DNA of 64,000 nucleotides from Nitrospirales bacterium (lineage in GTDB: Bacteria; Nitrospirota; Nitrospiria; Nitrospirales; UBA8639). Both the position numbers and the translations under genes were made by a program. Positions within the stretch are counted from its first letter, which is position 1. Each line of letters begins with the position of its first letter. The notes under the pieces are model-generated. The model had not been told where the DNA came from. It made no database searches and saw nothing but the letters and a program-made list of their open reading frames with translations. Location of the stretch: assembly GCA_963422365.1 (NCBI GenBank), contig OY729426.1, positions 928,001 through 992,000 of the forward strand. The letters run 5' to 3'. Shown here one piece after another: positions 38,534-48,680 of this stretch.

Positions 38534-38768
38534 CGCCTAGGCTCTCAGGGTTACGGTTTTCAGACTTCCCGTTTTGCTTTTTTATGCCGAAAAAGTTCAA
38601 TAACCGCCAATACCAGTGTTTCCACGTCAGAGCGGCGCCGGCAATAGTAGCAATAATCGCTTGAATCACCAAACTCACGGAGCCTGGATCGAGATAGGCA
38701 TGGGCAGGGTCGCTTTTGAAAAACAAAAGCAGGGTTAAGAAGAAAACAAACAGAGATGATTGAATCAT
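38526..38768 (-). CDS. Small YLDPG-motif membrane peptide
   Basis: Signal peptide ending AHA, then YLDPGSVS, one TM helix and a basic tail; 8-nt overlap with the NoeA-like gene. Confidence 0.8.
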   Translation of the reverse strand: MIQSSLFVFFLTLLLFFKSDPAHAYLDPGSVSLVIQAIIATIAGAALTWKHWYWRLLNFFGIKKQNGKSENRNPESLGGE

Positions 38769-38937
38769 GTCGTACCCATAAGTAAAAAGGATTGAGAACT
38801 GTTATTTCCGACGAGCGTATTATTCCTGACTGTCCACGCCAAGATGTTGACTTGGCGTTTTCTGAGCCATTGCTTCCTCTCGTTCATATCAGTCCCCGAA
38901 CCATTCGCTCGGATCGTTCCAGAATGAATCCAGAATA

Positions 38938-39261
38938 CTACTCGCATGGCGTAGCCAGTTTTAAACCCACAATTCCCGCAATAATCAAAAAGATAAAAAA
39001 TAAACGGGCAACGTCGCGCGGCTCATTAAACAGAATCATGCCCATGATGGCCGTCCCTACGGCGCCAATACCGGTCCAGATGGCATAAGCAGTTCCAATC
39101 GGGATGGCTCGCGCGGCGAACGCCAGACACACCATACTCACGCTCATCGCCGCCACCGTCACCACACTTGGCCCCAGCCGCGTAAACCCATCCGTATATT
39201 TGAGCCAGGTTGCCCAGACAATCTCAAACCCACCGGCGACAAACAAAGCTATCCACGCCAT
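38938..39261 (-). CDS. sugE: SMR family guanidinium/quaternary ammonium exporter
   Basis: SD AGGAGG; MAWIALFVAGGFEIVWA..LKYTDGFTRL, IPIGTAYAIWTGIGAVG, GIVGLKL. Confidence 0.93.
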   Translation of the reverse strand: MAWIALFVAGGFEIVWATWLKYTDGFTRLGPSVVTVAAMSVSMVCLAFAARAIPIGTAYAIWTGIGAVGTAIMGMILFNEPRDVARLFFIFLIIAGIVGLKLATPCE

Positions 39262-39456
39262 AGACTCCTCCTTTTCGTGCAAGGAACTTCTGAAGTCCTC
39301 TCTTGTCGCACGACCCGGCTTAAGAAATACCCGTAAATATACGTCACGGTCATCCTGGTCTCTTGAATAGGACAAACTGAAAGCTTGTCATTTGTCTGTT
39401 GCTCCCGCCTTTTCCCCTGTGTCATTGGCAGGAAAATAGTCAACGATACCCGAATC

Positions 39457-39487
39457 CGTCATTCCGGGCTTGACCCGGCATCCAGTA
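39457..39487. repeat. REP-like palindrome
   Basis: CGTCATTCCGGGCTTGACCCGGCATCCAG with a CCGGG-CTTGA-CCCGG hairpin. Confidence 0.55.
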
Positions 39488-39739
39488 TTATTTTGTGCGC
39501 CGTCCTCACCATCATCCAACACGCGATTGGTCAGAATACTTTCGTAGACCGAGGCGTCGGTGGAGGCAACTATGGCTTAATAAAAGCCATTTTTCAAGAA
39601 AAGCTTGGCGCTGGTTTATGAATTTGGCAGTATTAGGAGATTTCTCATGCTTCTTCTGCCCTGTTTCTTCACTTGGCAATCGAACCTAGTGTGGGCTATA
39701 GTAGAAAAGATAGATAGGAAATGTGCCAACTGAAAACAA

Positions 39740-40091
39740 GGGGGTGACTGGCTTCGACGGGGATCAAGAGGTCAACGGTGCGTGTCGAGCTCTCGGAGTC
39801 TCGTTAAACCTTCGGGAAACCTATAATTGCCAACGAACCATTGGCTCTCGCAGCTTAATTGACTGCGACGTCTCCCCATTCTCTGTCTGCGGGCATGGAT
39901 GAGGCGCTACTTCAGCAGGCTGGTCCAATGTTGGTGCTCAGCAACGACGGATGAGACTTTTCTGGGCTAGCAAACGCTCTAAGCCGGTCAGTGGGCGTGG
40001 GCGGGTGCGAATCCTCAAACATTGACTACGCACGTAGGACCGTTGTGCTGAATGTCTTCGGACGCGGGTTCAAATCCCGCCACCTCCACCA
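39740..40091 (+). ncRNA. ssrA: tmRNA
   Basis: 5' GGGGGTGACTGGCTTCGAC, tag ORF ANEPLALAA* (39829-39858), T-arm GCGGGTTCAAATCCCGC, acceptor stem with G-U pair and 3' CACCTCCACCA. Confidence 0.97.
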
Positions 40092-40096
40092 ACGTG

Positions 40097-40131
40097 AAAA
40101 GTCCCTGGGATGAATGCCCCAGGGACTTTTT
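40097..40131 (+). terminator. Intrinsic (bidirectional) terminator after ssrA
   Basis: AAAAGTCCCTGGG-loop-CCCAGGGACTTTTT. Confidence 0.88.
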
Positions 40132-40399
40132 GGTATATCATTGGCAGCAACAACTTTAGCCGTCAATTAAAACGGCTATGCCCCGTACGATCGGGGTGGA
40201 ACAGACAAAGAGCCCGCCGGCTGGAATACCGATTGCAGCTTCCGCGAATCAGCAGAGGTGCACCAACTGATCGTCTTCGGTGTAACCGGACCAGTCATGA
40301 GGATCCATTCTTCGCACAAACCTAGCGAGGATGGAACTGCATTCAATCTTGACCACAGACGCTATCTGCCAAATACGAAGATAGGCCGACTATAACGGT

Positions 40400-40990
40400 C
40401 CGATGGTATTTCGGCGAACCCGCCTTTATGGTAGGCAAGCTGCTCCGCACCGACCTTACCGCGACTGCCGCCGCGCAGCTTGAGCTTGTTCCAGAACCAC
40501 ACCGCCGCGATTTCTTCAGCCAAATAGCCGAATATGCCCTGCAGCATCTGCTCCCATACGACTCGATGGACGCGCTCGCCGCCCATTTCCCGCAGCCAAT
40601 CCGCGCCCGTCCGGTCCTCAAGCGTGAGCCCGTCCTTGACTCGGCGCGTCAGCAGCGCCAGCAGTCTGATCTGGATGCAGTCAGGGAACGGCAGGGTCGA
40701 AAAACGCAACAGATCGACAGACGACGATAGCCTGAAGACGTCGTTGCGTAGGACATGCCGGTGCGCGTGGGCCGCAACAGCACCTAATCCGAATTGCCCA
40801 ACTCCTTGATGAGTTGCCTCACATGGACATCGTTCGTGAACCAGTGGTGGTAGAACTTCTCGGTCCGGACGCCATTGCCGCAAAGCTGCTGGTAGCCCGC
40901 CGAACTCAGGGTCCTGCTCCGGAACGGTGACGCGGATGCCGTGCCGGACGAGTTCAAAGGTTACGGCGAAACTGCATGCGACGCAAGCCG
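40400..40990 (-). pseudogene. Fragmentary FAD-dependent (protoporphyrinogen/amine oxidase-like) oxidoreductase
   Basis: FELVRHGIRVTVPEQDPEFGGL and RLSSSVDLLRF...AEEIAAVWFWNKLKLRGGSR..EQLAYHKGGFA; no intact GxGxxG, truncated. Confidence 0.6.
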
Positions 40991-41279
40991 CGTTGGATGA
41001 ACGCTCTCGGGCATCAGGGCCGGCATACAGGGTGCCCTCCCAAAGGCGGTGGTTCTCCCGACGTGTCATGGACCCAGGCGATCCAATCATGACAAAATTT
41101 ACCCTCGCCTATGGGGAGGTCCATCGTCAGCGTATCCCGATGCGATTACGTCAGAAGCCTCTCAACCGAAACTCCGGTAAGAAACGCCAACCCCGCTGTG
41201 TGGTTGGTGTGGTAAATCCTGCCGGGATTTCGATTTCGGTGTGTCTTGATAGACTGCACGAAGCTTGCTCTCCCCCCGC

Positions 41280-41846
41280 TTAATGCAGCCAAATGTTTTT
41301 GGCTTGTTGGTGCGGAGGATTCTGCATGCGATCCAGATCTTGGCGTACGAGTCCGAGACCGGTCACGCACAGTTCAAAGTTCGAAGAGAGTTTTTGAAAC
41401 AGCACCGGTGGTTCTTGCCGTTCACCGTGTTGGAAGGCGGCGACAATTCGGTACGAACGTTTCCCTGCCTTCATGTAATTCACGAAATGATCGTTGTGGT
41501 AAATCATCCCTTCAGCTTTGAGATAGCGCAGATATTCTGGAAACAGCCCTGCAATAAACAACGTCAAATCGCCAATGTGCCGATGAATTTCCCGTTCTCG
41601 ACCAAGCTCGGGGGAGTCCGTCGCGAGTTCGGATTCGTATAAGAGTTCGGCCACCGTTTCGACGGGTTGTCCGTGCTGATTTTTAATGTGATGGAGATGG
41701 TCGACATGGGAGAATTCGACGAGAAGATTGGAGAGATAGGCGGTGACGTTGAAATCAGGCCACCCCAGTGACTCGGTAAAGCTGCGTTCCGTCAGCGTAC
41801 CAAATAATTGTCTGAGTGGATGATGTTGAGGAACAGCGGCCGACAT
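41280..41846 (-). CDS. Conserved hypothetical protein
   Basis: 188 aa, SD GAGGGGG; YLSNLLVEF, EIHRHIGDLTLFIAGLFPE, GKRSY; follows dtd. Confidence 0.8.
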   Translation of the reverse strand: MSAAVPQHHPLRQLFGTLTERSFTESLGWPDFNVTAYLSNLLVEFSHVDHLHHIKNQHGQPVETVAELLYESELATDSPELGREREIHRHIGDLTLFIAGLFPEYLRYLKAEGMIYHNDHFVNYMKAGKRSYRIVAAFQHGERQEPPVLFQKLSSNFELCVTGLGLVRQDLDRMQNPPHQQAKNIWLH

Positions 41847-41866
41847 CGTCTCCCCCTCTTGACCCG

Positions 41867-42355
41867 TTATTGCAGAGGTCCTTTTGACAACTCGCCTATT
41901 CTCTCCGATTCCCTCCGGTGGCTGTCAAGAACGAGTGTCACCGGGCCGTCATTTTCCAGGGTCACCACCATGTTGGCGCCGAACTTGCCTGTTTGAACGT
42001 GAATTCCCCGCTCTCGAATGGAGTGAGCCACGGATTCATAGAATCGACGCGCTGTGTCAGGGGGAGCGGCTGCATCAAATCCAGGGCGTCGCCCATGATG
42101 GGTCTCTCCTAATAACGTAAATTGCGAGACAATGAGAAGTTCTCCGTTCATATCCACGATCGACCGATTCATCTTGCCCGCCTCGTCGGGAAAAATGCGG
42201 AGTTGCGGTATCTTGTCAGTCATATAGGAGACATCTGCCTCGGAATCGTCTTTCGCCACACCTAGGAGGACCACAAGCCCTTGGGCAATTGAGGCGATTG
42301 CCTGGCCATCGACTTCGACGGAGGCTGAGCGGACACGTTGGAGCACCGCTCTCAT
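41867..42355 (-). CDS. dtd: D-aminoacyl-tRNA deacylase
   Basis: MRAVLQRV, GKMNRS, VSQFTL, GRRPGF, LENDGPVT. Confidence 0.97.
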   Translation of the reverse strand: MRAVLQRVRSASVEVDGQAIASIAQGLVVLLGVAKDDSEADVSYMTDKIPQLRIFPDEAGKMNRSIVDMNGELLIVSQFTLLGETHHGRRPGFDAAAPPDTARRFYESVAHSIRERGIHVQTGKFGANMVVTLENDGPVTLVLDSHRRESERIGELSKGPLQ

Positions 42356-42383
42356 GCTTGCATGTCCCTATTCAATCCGGACG

Positions 42384-43988
42384 TTACGCCCGAGGGCGTA
42401 AGAACGGAATTTTCTGTTGACCCAGCTTCCACAGGACTTCCAGTTCTTGGGATTGAAACAAGGCCTGCGTGCCAAGGTATCCGGTCATGCTCAATCCGAT
42501 TCCTACCGTGAGCATGATGCCCTTGGCAATCCATTCGTCCGCGCGCTGCCAGACGGCCAAATCCGCAATCCACAGACAGATGAGAATAACGGGGATGGTC
42601 GCGAGTCCGGCCTGGCCGAGTGAGCGACACACCCCTTGCCAATCAATGCCGCCCAGTCGATGCGTGAGAATTCCGATTAACATACTGATATTCACCATGG
42701 CCGAGAGCGCCGTTGCCAAGGCCAAACCTGCATGCTCTAACGGCTTCATGAGGAGCAACGCCAACACAATATTGGTCATCATGGCGGCCACTGCCGCGAA
42801 AGCCGGGGTCTTGGTATCTTGGAGGGAATAAAAGGCCGACACCATGATGCGAATGCCTGCGAAGGCCCACAGCCCAACGGCATAGGCCAGCAGGGCGGCG
42901 GCGGTGGCTTGTGTGTCGGCGGCGGAAAAGGCGCCATGTTCAAACAACAGATGCACAATGGGGTGTCGAAGAAAGATGATCCCGATCATGGCGGGCAGAA
43001 TAATAAATCCGATCATGCGAAGGCCGAATCCTAACGTGTCTCGCAGTTCATCCATGGCCCTGCGAGACGCCTGGTCTGACAGAGTGGGAAGAATCGCCGT
43101 GGCCAGGGCCACGCCGAAAATTCCCAATGGAAATTGGATTAATCGCATGCCATAAAACAGGTACGTGGGGCCACCGGGGAAATACGAGGCCAGGATCGTG
43201 CTGACCGTCATATTCATTTGCGTCACGGACAGCCCCAGTAACGACGGCACGATCAAGAGCCCAATCTTACGCACGCCGGGATGCCCGGGGTTGAACCGCC
43301 ATTGAAAGAGCAGCCCGCGTTTTTGAATGCCGGGCAGTTGAATGACAAATTGCGTCAGCCCGCCGATCACGACCCCGAGGGCGATACCAAGGACCGGCTC
43401 CTCTAAGAACGGGGCCAGCAACAATGCTGAGACAATAATGCAGACGTTAAAAAATACCGGGCCCAGGGCTGGTGCGGCAAAGGCCCGTAGGGAATTGAGA
43501 ATTCCCATGGTTAAGGCCGCCAGACTCATGAAGATCAGATAAGGGAACATCATCTGAGTCAGGGTCGTTGTGAGGCGTAACCGTTCGGCGTCATCGTGAA
43601 ATCCCGGGGCCAACACCCACACAATGGTCGGGGCGACGATCAGACCGATCAGCGTGATCAACGTCACGATTGACAGAAGGGTGGTAAACACGGCGCTGGC
43701 CAGTTCCCAGGTTTCCTTTTTGCTGCGAAGGGTGTGGTATTCAGTGAAGACAGGGATAAAGGCGGAGGACATGGAGCCTTCGGCCAGGAGTTCGCGCAAC
43801 AAATTTGGGATACGATAGGCGACAAAAAACGCATCGGCGGCAAGAGTCGCCCCTAACAGTCGTGCGAGAAGAATATCGCGCCCCAACCCTAGGATTCGGC
43901 TGGAAAAGGTGGCTGCGCCAATGAGTCCTGCTGCTCCGGCGATGGCGCGGTGCTTGTCGGTGTTCGGCGATGGGAGGTCCGGAGACAT
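42384..43988 (-). CDS. murJ: Lipid II flippase MurJ
   Basis: SRILGLGRD, ADAFFVAYRIPNLLRELLAEG, RLIQFPLGIFGVA, FYSLQDTKTP. Confidence 0.97.
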   Translation of the reverse strand: MSPDLPSPNTDKHRAIAGAAGLIGAATFSSRILGLGRDILLARLLGATLAADAFFVAYRIPNLLRELLAEGSMSSAFIPVFTEYHTLRSKKETWELASAVFTTLLSIVTLITLIGLIVAPTIVWVLAPGFHDDAERLRLTTTLTQMMFPYLIFMSLAALTMGILNSLRAFAAPALGPVFFNVCIIVSALLLAPFLEEPVLGIALGVVIGGLTQFVIQLPGIQKRGLLFQWRFNPGHPGVRKIGLLIVPSLLGLSVTQMNMTVSTILASYFPGGPTYLFYGMRLIQFPLGIFGVALATAILPTLSDQASRRAMDELRDTLGFGLRMIGFIILPAMIGIIFLRHPIVHLLFEHGAFSAADTQATAAALLAYAVGLWAFAGIRIMVSAFYSLQDTKTPAFAAVAAMMTNIVLALLLMKPLEHAGLALATALSAMVNISMLIGILTHRLGGIDWQGVCRSLGQAGLATIPVILICLWIADLAVWQRADEWIAKGIMLTVGIGLSMTGYLGTQALFQSQELEVLWKLGQQKIPFLRPRA

Positions 43989-44114
43989 GAAGGAATTCTA
44001 GACGAACGACATCAGGGAATCCAGGAAACGAAAATGACGAGCTTAGAATCAACGCCTGGCACGACGTCGTATTTGGGAGACGGAGGATGTTCCGAGCCAA
44101 ACCGGAGAAATGTC

Positions 44115-45041
44115 CTATAACCCGCCTCGATCTTGGCGCGGGATGGTTAATTTCGCCTTGATGAATTCCTGATGAGGCAGTTCGAACGATTTGGCGATAT
44201 GGCGAATCGTTTCGATCTCGGCATGAGAGGTGTCTGCTGCGGCGTTGGCAATTGCGAACAGACACCGGAGAAATGCTTTTCGCTCCTCGATGGTGGTGGA
44301 GTGGCAGAACCCCCTGGTGAGCCGAACGAGATCCAAGCCGTGCATGATTCGAAAGTGACTCATGTCGGTAATCAGTTGAGCTTCATCTTTGGGCACGTTC
44401 CAGAGTTGCTGGAGTCCCAGACTCATGGCTTCACGTTCGCGATGACACACCTCATTGTCTGCCCATGCCACATGGGCCATCAGACCCGCCGCCAAACAGA
44501 TTTTTCTGGCCTCTGTCTCCGGGATCGAAAAGGTTCGTCCTTGATGCTGTAACTCCGAAGTCACCTGGAAGTAAATCGTGTTCTTAATAAAATCCTCGAT
44601 GCGATCTTCGCGAGGGAAGGTCCCTTGATAATGACGGGACTTGCGTTTCAGGGCATGTCGAATGGGGGCACTGAGGTGGACTAGCAGACCGGTACGACGT
44701 CCTTCGATATCGTGACGAATTTGCTCGAGAAATGCTGATTCACTTGCGCCGTCAGGCCCATCGCTTGCGTCCAGTTTTTCCAAGGTCTGAAGCACGAGAT
44801 GTTTATCCTGAGATGATCGAATGCCGGAGAGGACACGATCGAGCAAGTCTTGGCGTTCGGCGTCGGTCACCGCATGGGTCATGTAGAGTTCGAGTTGCAT
44901 CCAATCTTCCCCGGAAATATCAGGGAGCAAAAACAGGAGTTCCTTCAAAGCATTGACTTCTTCCGGCTGGAGTTGGCCATCGATCCAAGCGATGCCGATC
45001 ATCAATTTCCCGAGATCTAAAATAAAATCCTTGGTGGCCAT
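44115..45041 (-). CDS. TerB-family (tandem TerB-like) protein
   Basis: ATG 45041 with SD GGAGG; IAWIDGQLQPEE, VAWADNEVCHRE, LFAIANA...EIETIRHIA. Confidence 0.8.
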   Translation of the reverse strand: MATKDFILDLGKLMIGIAWIDGQLQPEEVNALKELLFLLPDISGEDWMQLELYMTHAVTDAERQDLLDRVLSGIRSSQDKHLVLQTLEKLDASDGPDGASESAFLEQIRHDIEGRRTGLLVHLSAPIRHALKRKSRHYQGTFPREDRIEDFIKNTIYFQVTSELQHQGRTFSIPETEARKICLAAGLMAHVAWADNEVCHREREAMSLGLQQLWNVPKDEAQLITDMSHFRIMHGLDLVRLTRGFCHSTTIEERKAFLRCLFAIANAAADTSHAEIETIRHIAKSFELPHQEFIKAKLTIPRQDRGGL

Positions 45042-45219
45042 TCTTCCTCCATTCACCCTGTGCCGTTTTGTTTCATTGACACTAAAACGGACCTTTCTAT
45101 AGCATCTTTCGACGTCTTTGTCTTTGGAAAAGACCGCATGAGATGAGGATAGGTCAATGAGATGAGGATGAGTCAATGAGTCTACAGCACAGAAAGGGTA
45201 ACGTTTTCAAGAATCGATC

Positions 45220-46767
45220 ATGGACACGCACGTAACTCCTGCATCGCCTTCCCCGTGGGGTCGGCTGTGGTTTTTTGGAACGGCCTTTACCACGGGTGCC
45301 GTGGTCATGGCCTTGGAAATTCTGGGAAGTCGTCTTCTTGCCCCGGTGTTCGGAACCTCCTTGTTTGTCTGGGGTGCGCTGATTGGGGTCGTCCTTGCAG
45401 CCATGAGCAGCGGCTATTCCACTGGTGGCTGGCTGGCCGATCGGCGCGCTCCTGGTATGGTGTTGCCCTGGTTACTGCTGGGCTCAGGCGCCTGGACCCT
45501 CCTGTTGGCGGGGGTGGGGCAACCCATCCTGTTTACGGTCTCGCAATGGACCTCGGATCCGCGATGGGGGCCTTGTCTGGCGGCCAGTGTGTTGTTGGCG
45601 GTTCCGGCCTTTGGGTTAAGTGGAGTGCTCCCCGTGCTCTTGCGATTGGCGATTGCCGATATGGGACATCTTGGTCGACACACGGGGGCGATGATTGCCA
45701 TATCTACTATTGGAAGCTTGGTTGGGACCTGGGGAACGTCTTTTTTCTTATTAACGTGGCTGGGGAGCTTAACCCTTGTCGCGGTCTTGGGAGTTGTGTT
45801 GGTGGTCTTGGGATCTAGCTGGTTGTGGTGGAGCAGGCGAAGCAATGCGTTGATGCTGGTTCCTCTTGTCGGGGTTCTCAGCGGGCTGATCTGGTTGGGG
45901 GTTCACCCGGTTTTAGTTCTACCTCCGGCGATTTATCAGGAAGATAGTCCGTATCAGCAAGTGCAGGTACGCGATGAGAAAGGACTACGGTTTTTGGTGC
46001 TCGACAATACCTTCCATGCGATTATGTGGCAATCCGATCCGGTAAGATTGACGCTTCCGTATAGTCAAATGATGATGGCCGCCCTGGCTCTTCATCCTGA
46101 GCCTCAACGGGGGCTGATCTTGGGACAGGGAGGAGGGTCTCTTACAAAATGGCTGGAGCGGCATTGGCCGCAATTAGAACTGGACGTGGTTGAGATGGAC
46201 CCTTCAGTCGTCAAGGCTGCCGAGGAATTTTTTGAATATCAGGCTCCCCCGAACCACCACGTGTATGTCCAGGATGCGCGCGTCTTTTTGGCAAAGAATG
46301 CAGTGCACTATGACATCATTTGGGTGGATGTCTTTGCCCGCCACCAAATTCCGTTTCATTTGGTCACCACGGAATTTTTTGCTGAATTGCGGCGGCACCT
46401 GAGCGCAGAGGGGGTGGTTGCGGTAAATCTTGCTTCCTCGGATTCGGAGTTGGATCGGATCAGAGCCGAGGCCGTGGTGTCCACGATGAAGACCTCGTTC
46501 CCTCAGGTGGAGGCGTACAGTATTCCTGCCCCATCCTGGCTCCGAACCAGACCCGGGTCGGCGAATATTATATTCTTTGCCGGTCCCGGTCCGTTCAACA
46601 TGGACTCCGAGACGTTTTCCTTGGCGACGATTACGTTGCTGAATCAAGGCAAAATGCCGCCGGAGGTTTTCCCCTTTTTCAATTCCGCCAAATCGCCGGA
46701 ATGGAATCCAGGCCTCATCCTGACCGATGAATTTTCCCCATTCGATATTCTTCAAGGGAGTGGCTGA
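45220..46767 (+). CDS. Fused membrane domain/spermidine synthase-like methyltransferase
   Basis: MALEILGSRLLAPVFGTS..VW, STIGSLVGT, DSPYQQV, LILGQGGGS, VEMDPSV, QDAR, ILTDEFSP. Confidence 0.9.
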   Translation: MDTHVTPASPSPWGRLWFFGTAFTTGAVVMALEILGSRLLAPVFGTSLFVWGALIGVVLAAMSSGYSTGGWLADRRAPGMVLPWLLLGSGAWTLLLAGVGQPILFTVSQWTSDPRWGPCLAASVLLAVPAFGLSGVLPVLLRLAIADMGHLGRHTGAMIAISTIGSLVGTWGTSFFLLTWLGSLTLVAVLGVVLVVLGSSWLWWSRRSNALMLVPLVGVLSGLIWLGVHPVLVLPPAIYQEDSPYQQVQVRDEKGLRFLVLDNTFHAIMWQSDPVRLTLPYSQMMMAALALHPEPQRGLILGQGGGSLTKWLERHWPQLELDVVEMDPSVVKAAEEFFEYQAPPNHHVYVQDARVFLAKNAVHYDIIWVDVFARHQIPFHLVTTEFFAELRRHLSAEGVVAVNLASSDSELDRIRAEAVVSTMKTSFPQVEAYSIPAPSWLRTRPGSANIIFFAGPGPFNMDSETFSLATITLLNQGKMPPEVFPFFNSAKSPEWNPGLILTDEFSPFDILQGSG

Positions 46768-46884
46768 CACCACGCAACCTTAGCGCAGGAAGACGCTCCT
46801 TTCAGTCGGGTGGCTGATCCCATAAGGTTGACGAGTACAAAGTGATTGCGCCGTTTTGCTCTCCGTCATGCCGCGACCCCGTTT

Positions 46885-47379
46885 TCATCGTATGGCGACC
46901 TTTAGTATTTGATTTACATCATCCACGACATAAGCAGAGTCTTGGTCTGAGTTGCAGGATAGGGCGGGAAAGACAAACAGGTCACTCAATCGAATATCTT
47001 GTTTCTGTTGAGAGATGAAATCTATCTTTGTTATTTCGTCTACAAATTCCTGTTTCACGCCGAAGCATTTTCTAAGACTTGCAATTACATTTTTTATGCC
47101 CTTATAAACCTGTTGCCAAGCCTCGTCTCTACTATCAAACTTTGTTACAGGCTTTCCATCTTGTGTCAAAGCCATCAATGACTTCATATCATCAAAGTCT
47201 TGCCATGCACATTCTTTGAGAATTATGGGAATTCTTGGTTGGTTTCCATTTTTAGCTAATTGCTTTGCATAGTTCCATTCTTCTTTACATTTGTCTGAAG
47301 CAAGAAAGTCGCTGCTAATTAAGAATGCCAAGATGTCGGACTTTTCCTCACTTTGCTTCTCCGTTATCTCATTGGCCAT
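46885..47379 (-). pseudogene. TIR-domain protein fragment (AT-rich)
   Basis: DILAFLISSDFLASDKCKEEW...IPIILKECAW...DGKPV; lacks the TIR N-terminus and stops shortly after LSDLFVFP. Confidence 0.7.
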
Positions 47380-47424
47380 TCAAGAGAATGAAGGTTTCGC
47401 GAATACATTATTTCAGCCTTCGGA

Positions 47425-48071
47425 TTACACCGCCAACTCCCCGGACATCAAGCGCGGCAAGAGCAGGTCTCGGTCTTTGGGCACCTGATTTTTCGGATTG
47501 ATCTGAATCACCTCGGGAACAGTCTTCCTCTCCCACCCCTCGGGCACGCTGTCTTTGATTGTGACGTGTTCGTGGCCGGGTAAGCGGAAATGGATGAACG
47601 ATTCCTTATAGAGCAGTCGCGCCGATTGTTCCAGCAACTGAATCCGTCGCCGATTTTTCTCGATCAGGTCGTCGTAGGCGGAGAGTATGGAGCGATTGAC
47701 TGTTGCCGTAGCAAATCGAAATCAGGTATTTCGCCACGGAGAACGGTATCTGTATCTACGGCTGGGTAAGATGTCTCCTTTGTGTTGTTCGTCAGATATC
47801 CTGTGAATCGTCTGTCTGTAATTGCGTAATAGACAAAGCGGGGGTCTGCATTATCTTTAGCTCGAAGAACGGCGAATCCTGTGGATGTGATGGTGTTCTT
47901 CTCAGGCTTCCAGATGAACAGAAACGAACGCAAGTTGGGCCGAACTATTGCCAGAATTGTGTCGCCATCCCTTATAATCCTCTTTGCTCGGGACGAAGGG
48001 TGAAAGGTGAAGTTTGAATAGATCACCACCCTATCTATCGCACGATTCAAGCTTCTCACTTCAAATTTCAT
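47425..48071 (-). pseudogene. hsdS: Type I R-M specificity subunit remnant
   Basis: [72 protein letters not shown]; frameshifts and an internal deletion. Confidence 0.82.
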
Positions 48072-48079
48072 CTGTCACT

Positions 48080-48215
48080 CCCTCGCGTCAGTTCGACCTC
48101 GATTGCCTCGATGGTCGGCTGGTCGTCGGGATGACGCATCCGGTCGTCCACGGCGGAGAGGTACAGGGTTCATCTGTTCGACAAAGGCGGGATCCGGCTC
48201 AATCATGACGACCTT
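48080..48215 (-). pseudogene. YhcG/DUF1016 PD-(D/E)XK C-terminal fragment
   Basis: Own translation: LYLSAVDDRMRHPDDQPTI. Confidence 0.55.
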
Positions 48216-48269
48216 ACGGCGATACCGGTCAATCACTGCCACCCTTCACGATGTATCGCGTGTTGGGCG

Positions 48270-48680
48270 GCTCTATCGCAACCCCTCGAAGCGTGAAATC
48301 CCGATCGAGAGTAATCCATTCACAGCTGAACTCGATGGCCAAAGCAGCAAAATACGCGTCCGGTATCAGGTTGCCCCAGATTTCGGCGTCCAGATACAGT
48401 CATGTCAATATCTCCTAATGCTTGGGCCCCGGGCTGACTGGAATACACTGGGGCTGGATTCTGAACATGTTTGCGAACTTCAGTGCCTCGTCCGGCGGAC
48501 TCGGGCGGATGAAAACGCGAGGATGGGTGACGATGCGGAGGAATCCACTCAATACCAGATCAGAGACAGCGAAGGCCTCGTCCCCGCCAAGCACGGCCTC
48601 AAGCCACGGCCGGCAGAAGCGTGTTCCGAAGCGTCGTCACGATACGCCGCAACGAGGACGTTGACGTCAGGCAGGATCAT
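48270..48680 (-). pseudogene. vapC: VapC PIN-domain toxin, inactivated
   Basis: MILPDVNVLVAAYRDD..., LSGFLRIVTHPRVF, GNLIPDAYFAALAIEFSCEWITLDRDF; frameshift plus in-frame stops. Confidence 0.85.

Noticed and set aside
39740..40091. tRNA gene or prophage attachment site
   Set aside because: The tRNA-like ends enclose a tag ORF, so it is tmRNA; I saw no duplicated 3' end or integrase.
46780..46830. IS200/IS605 end at the defence island's left edge
   Set aside because: Only a vague resemblance (CAGGAAGACGCTCCTTTCAGTCGGGTGG); no clean hairpin and no tnpA/tnpB.
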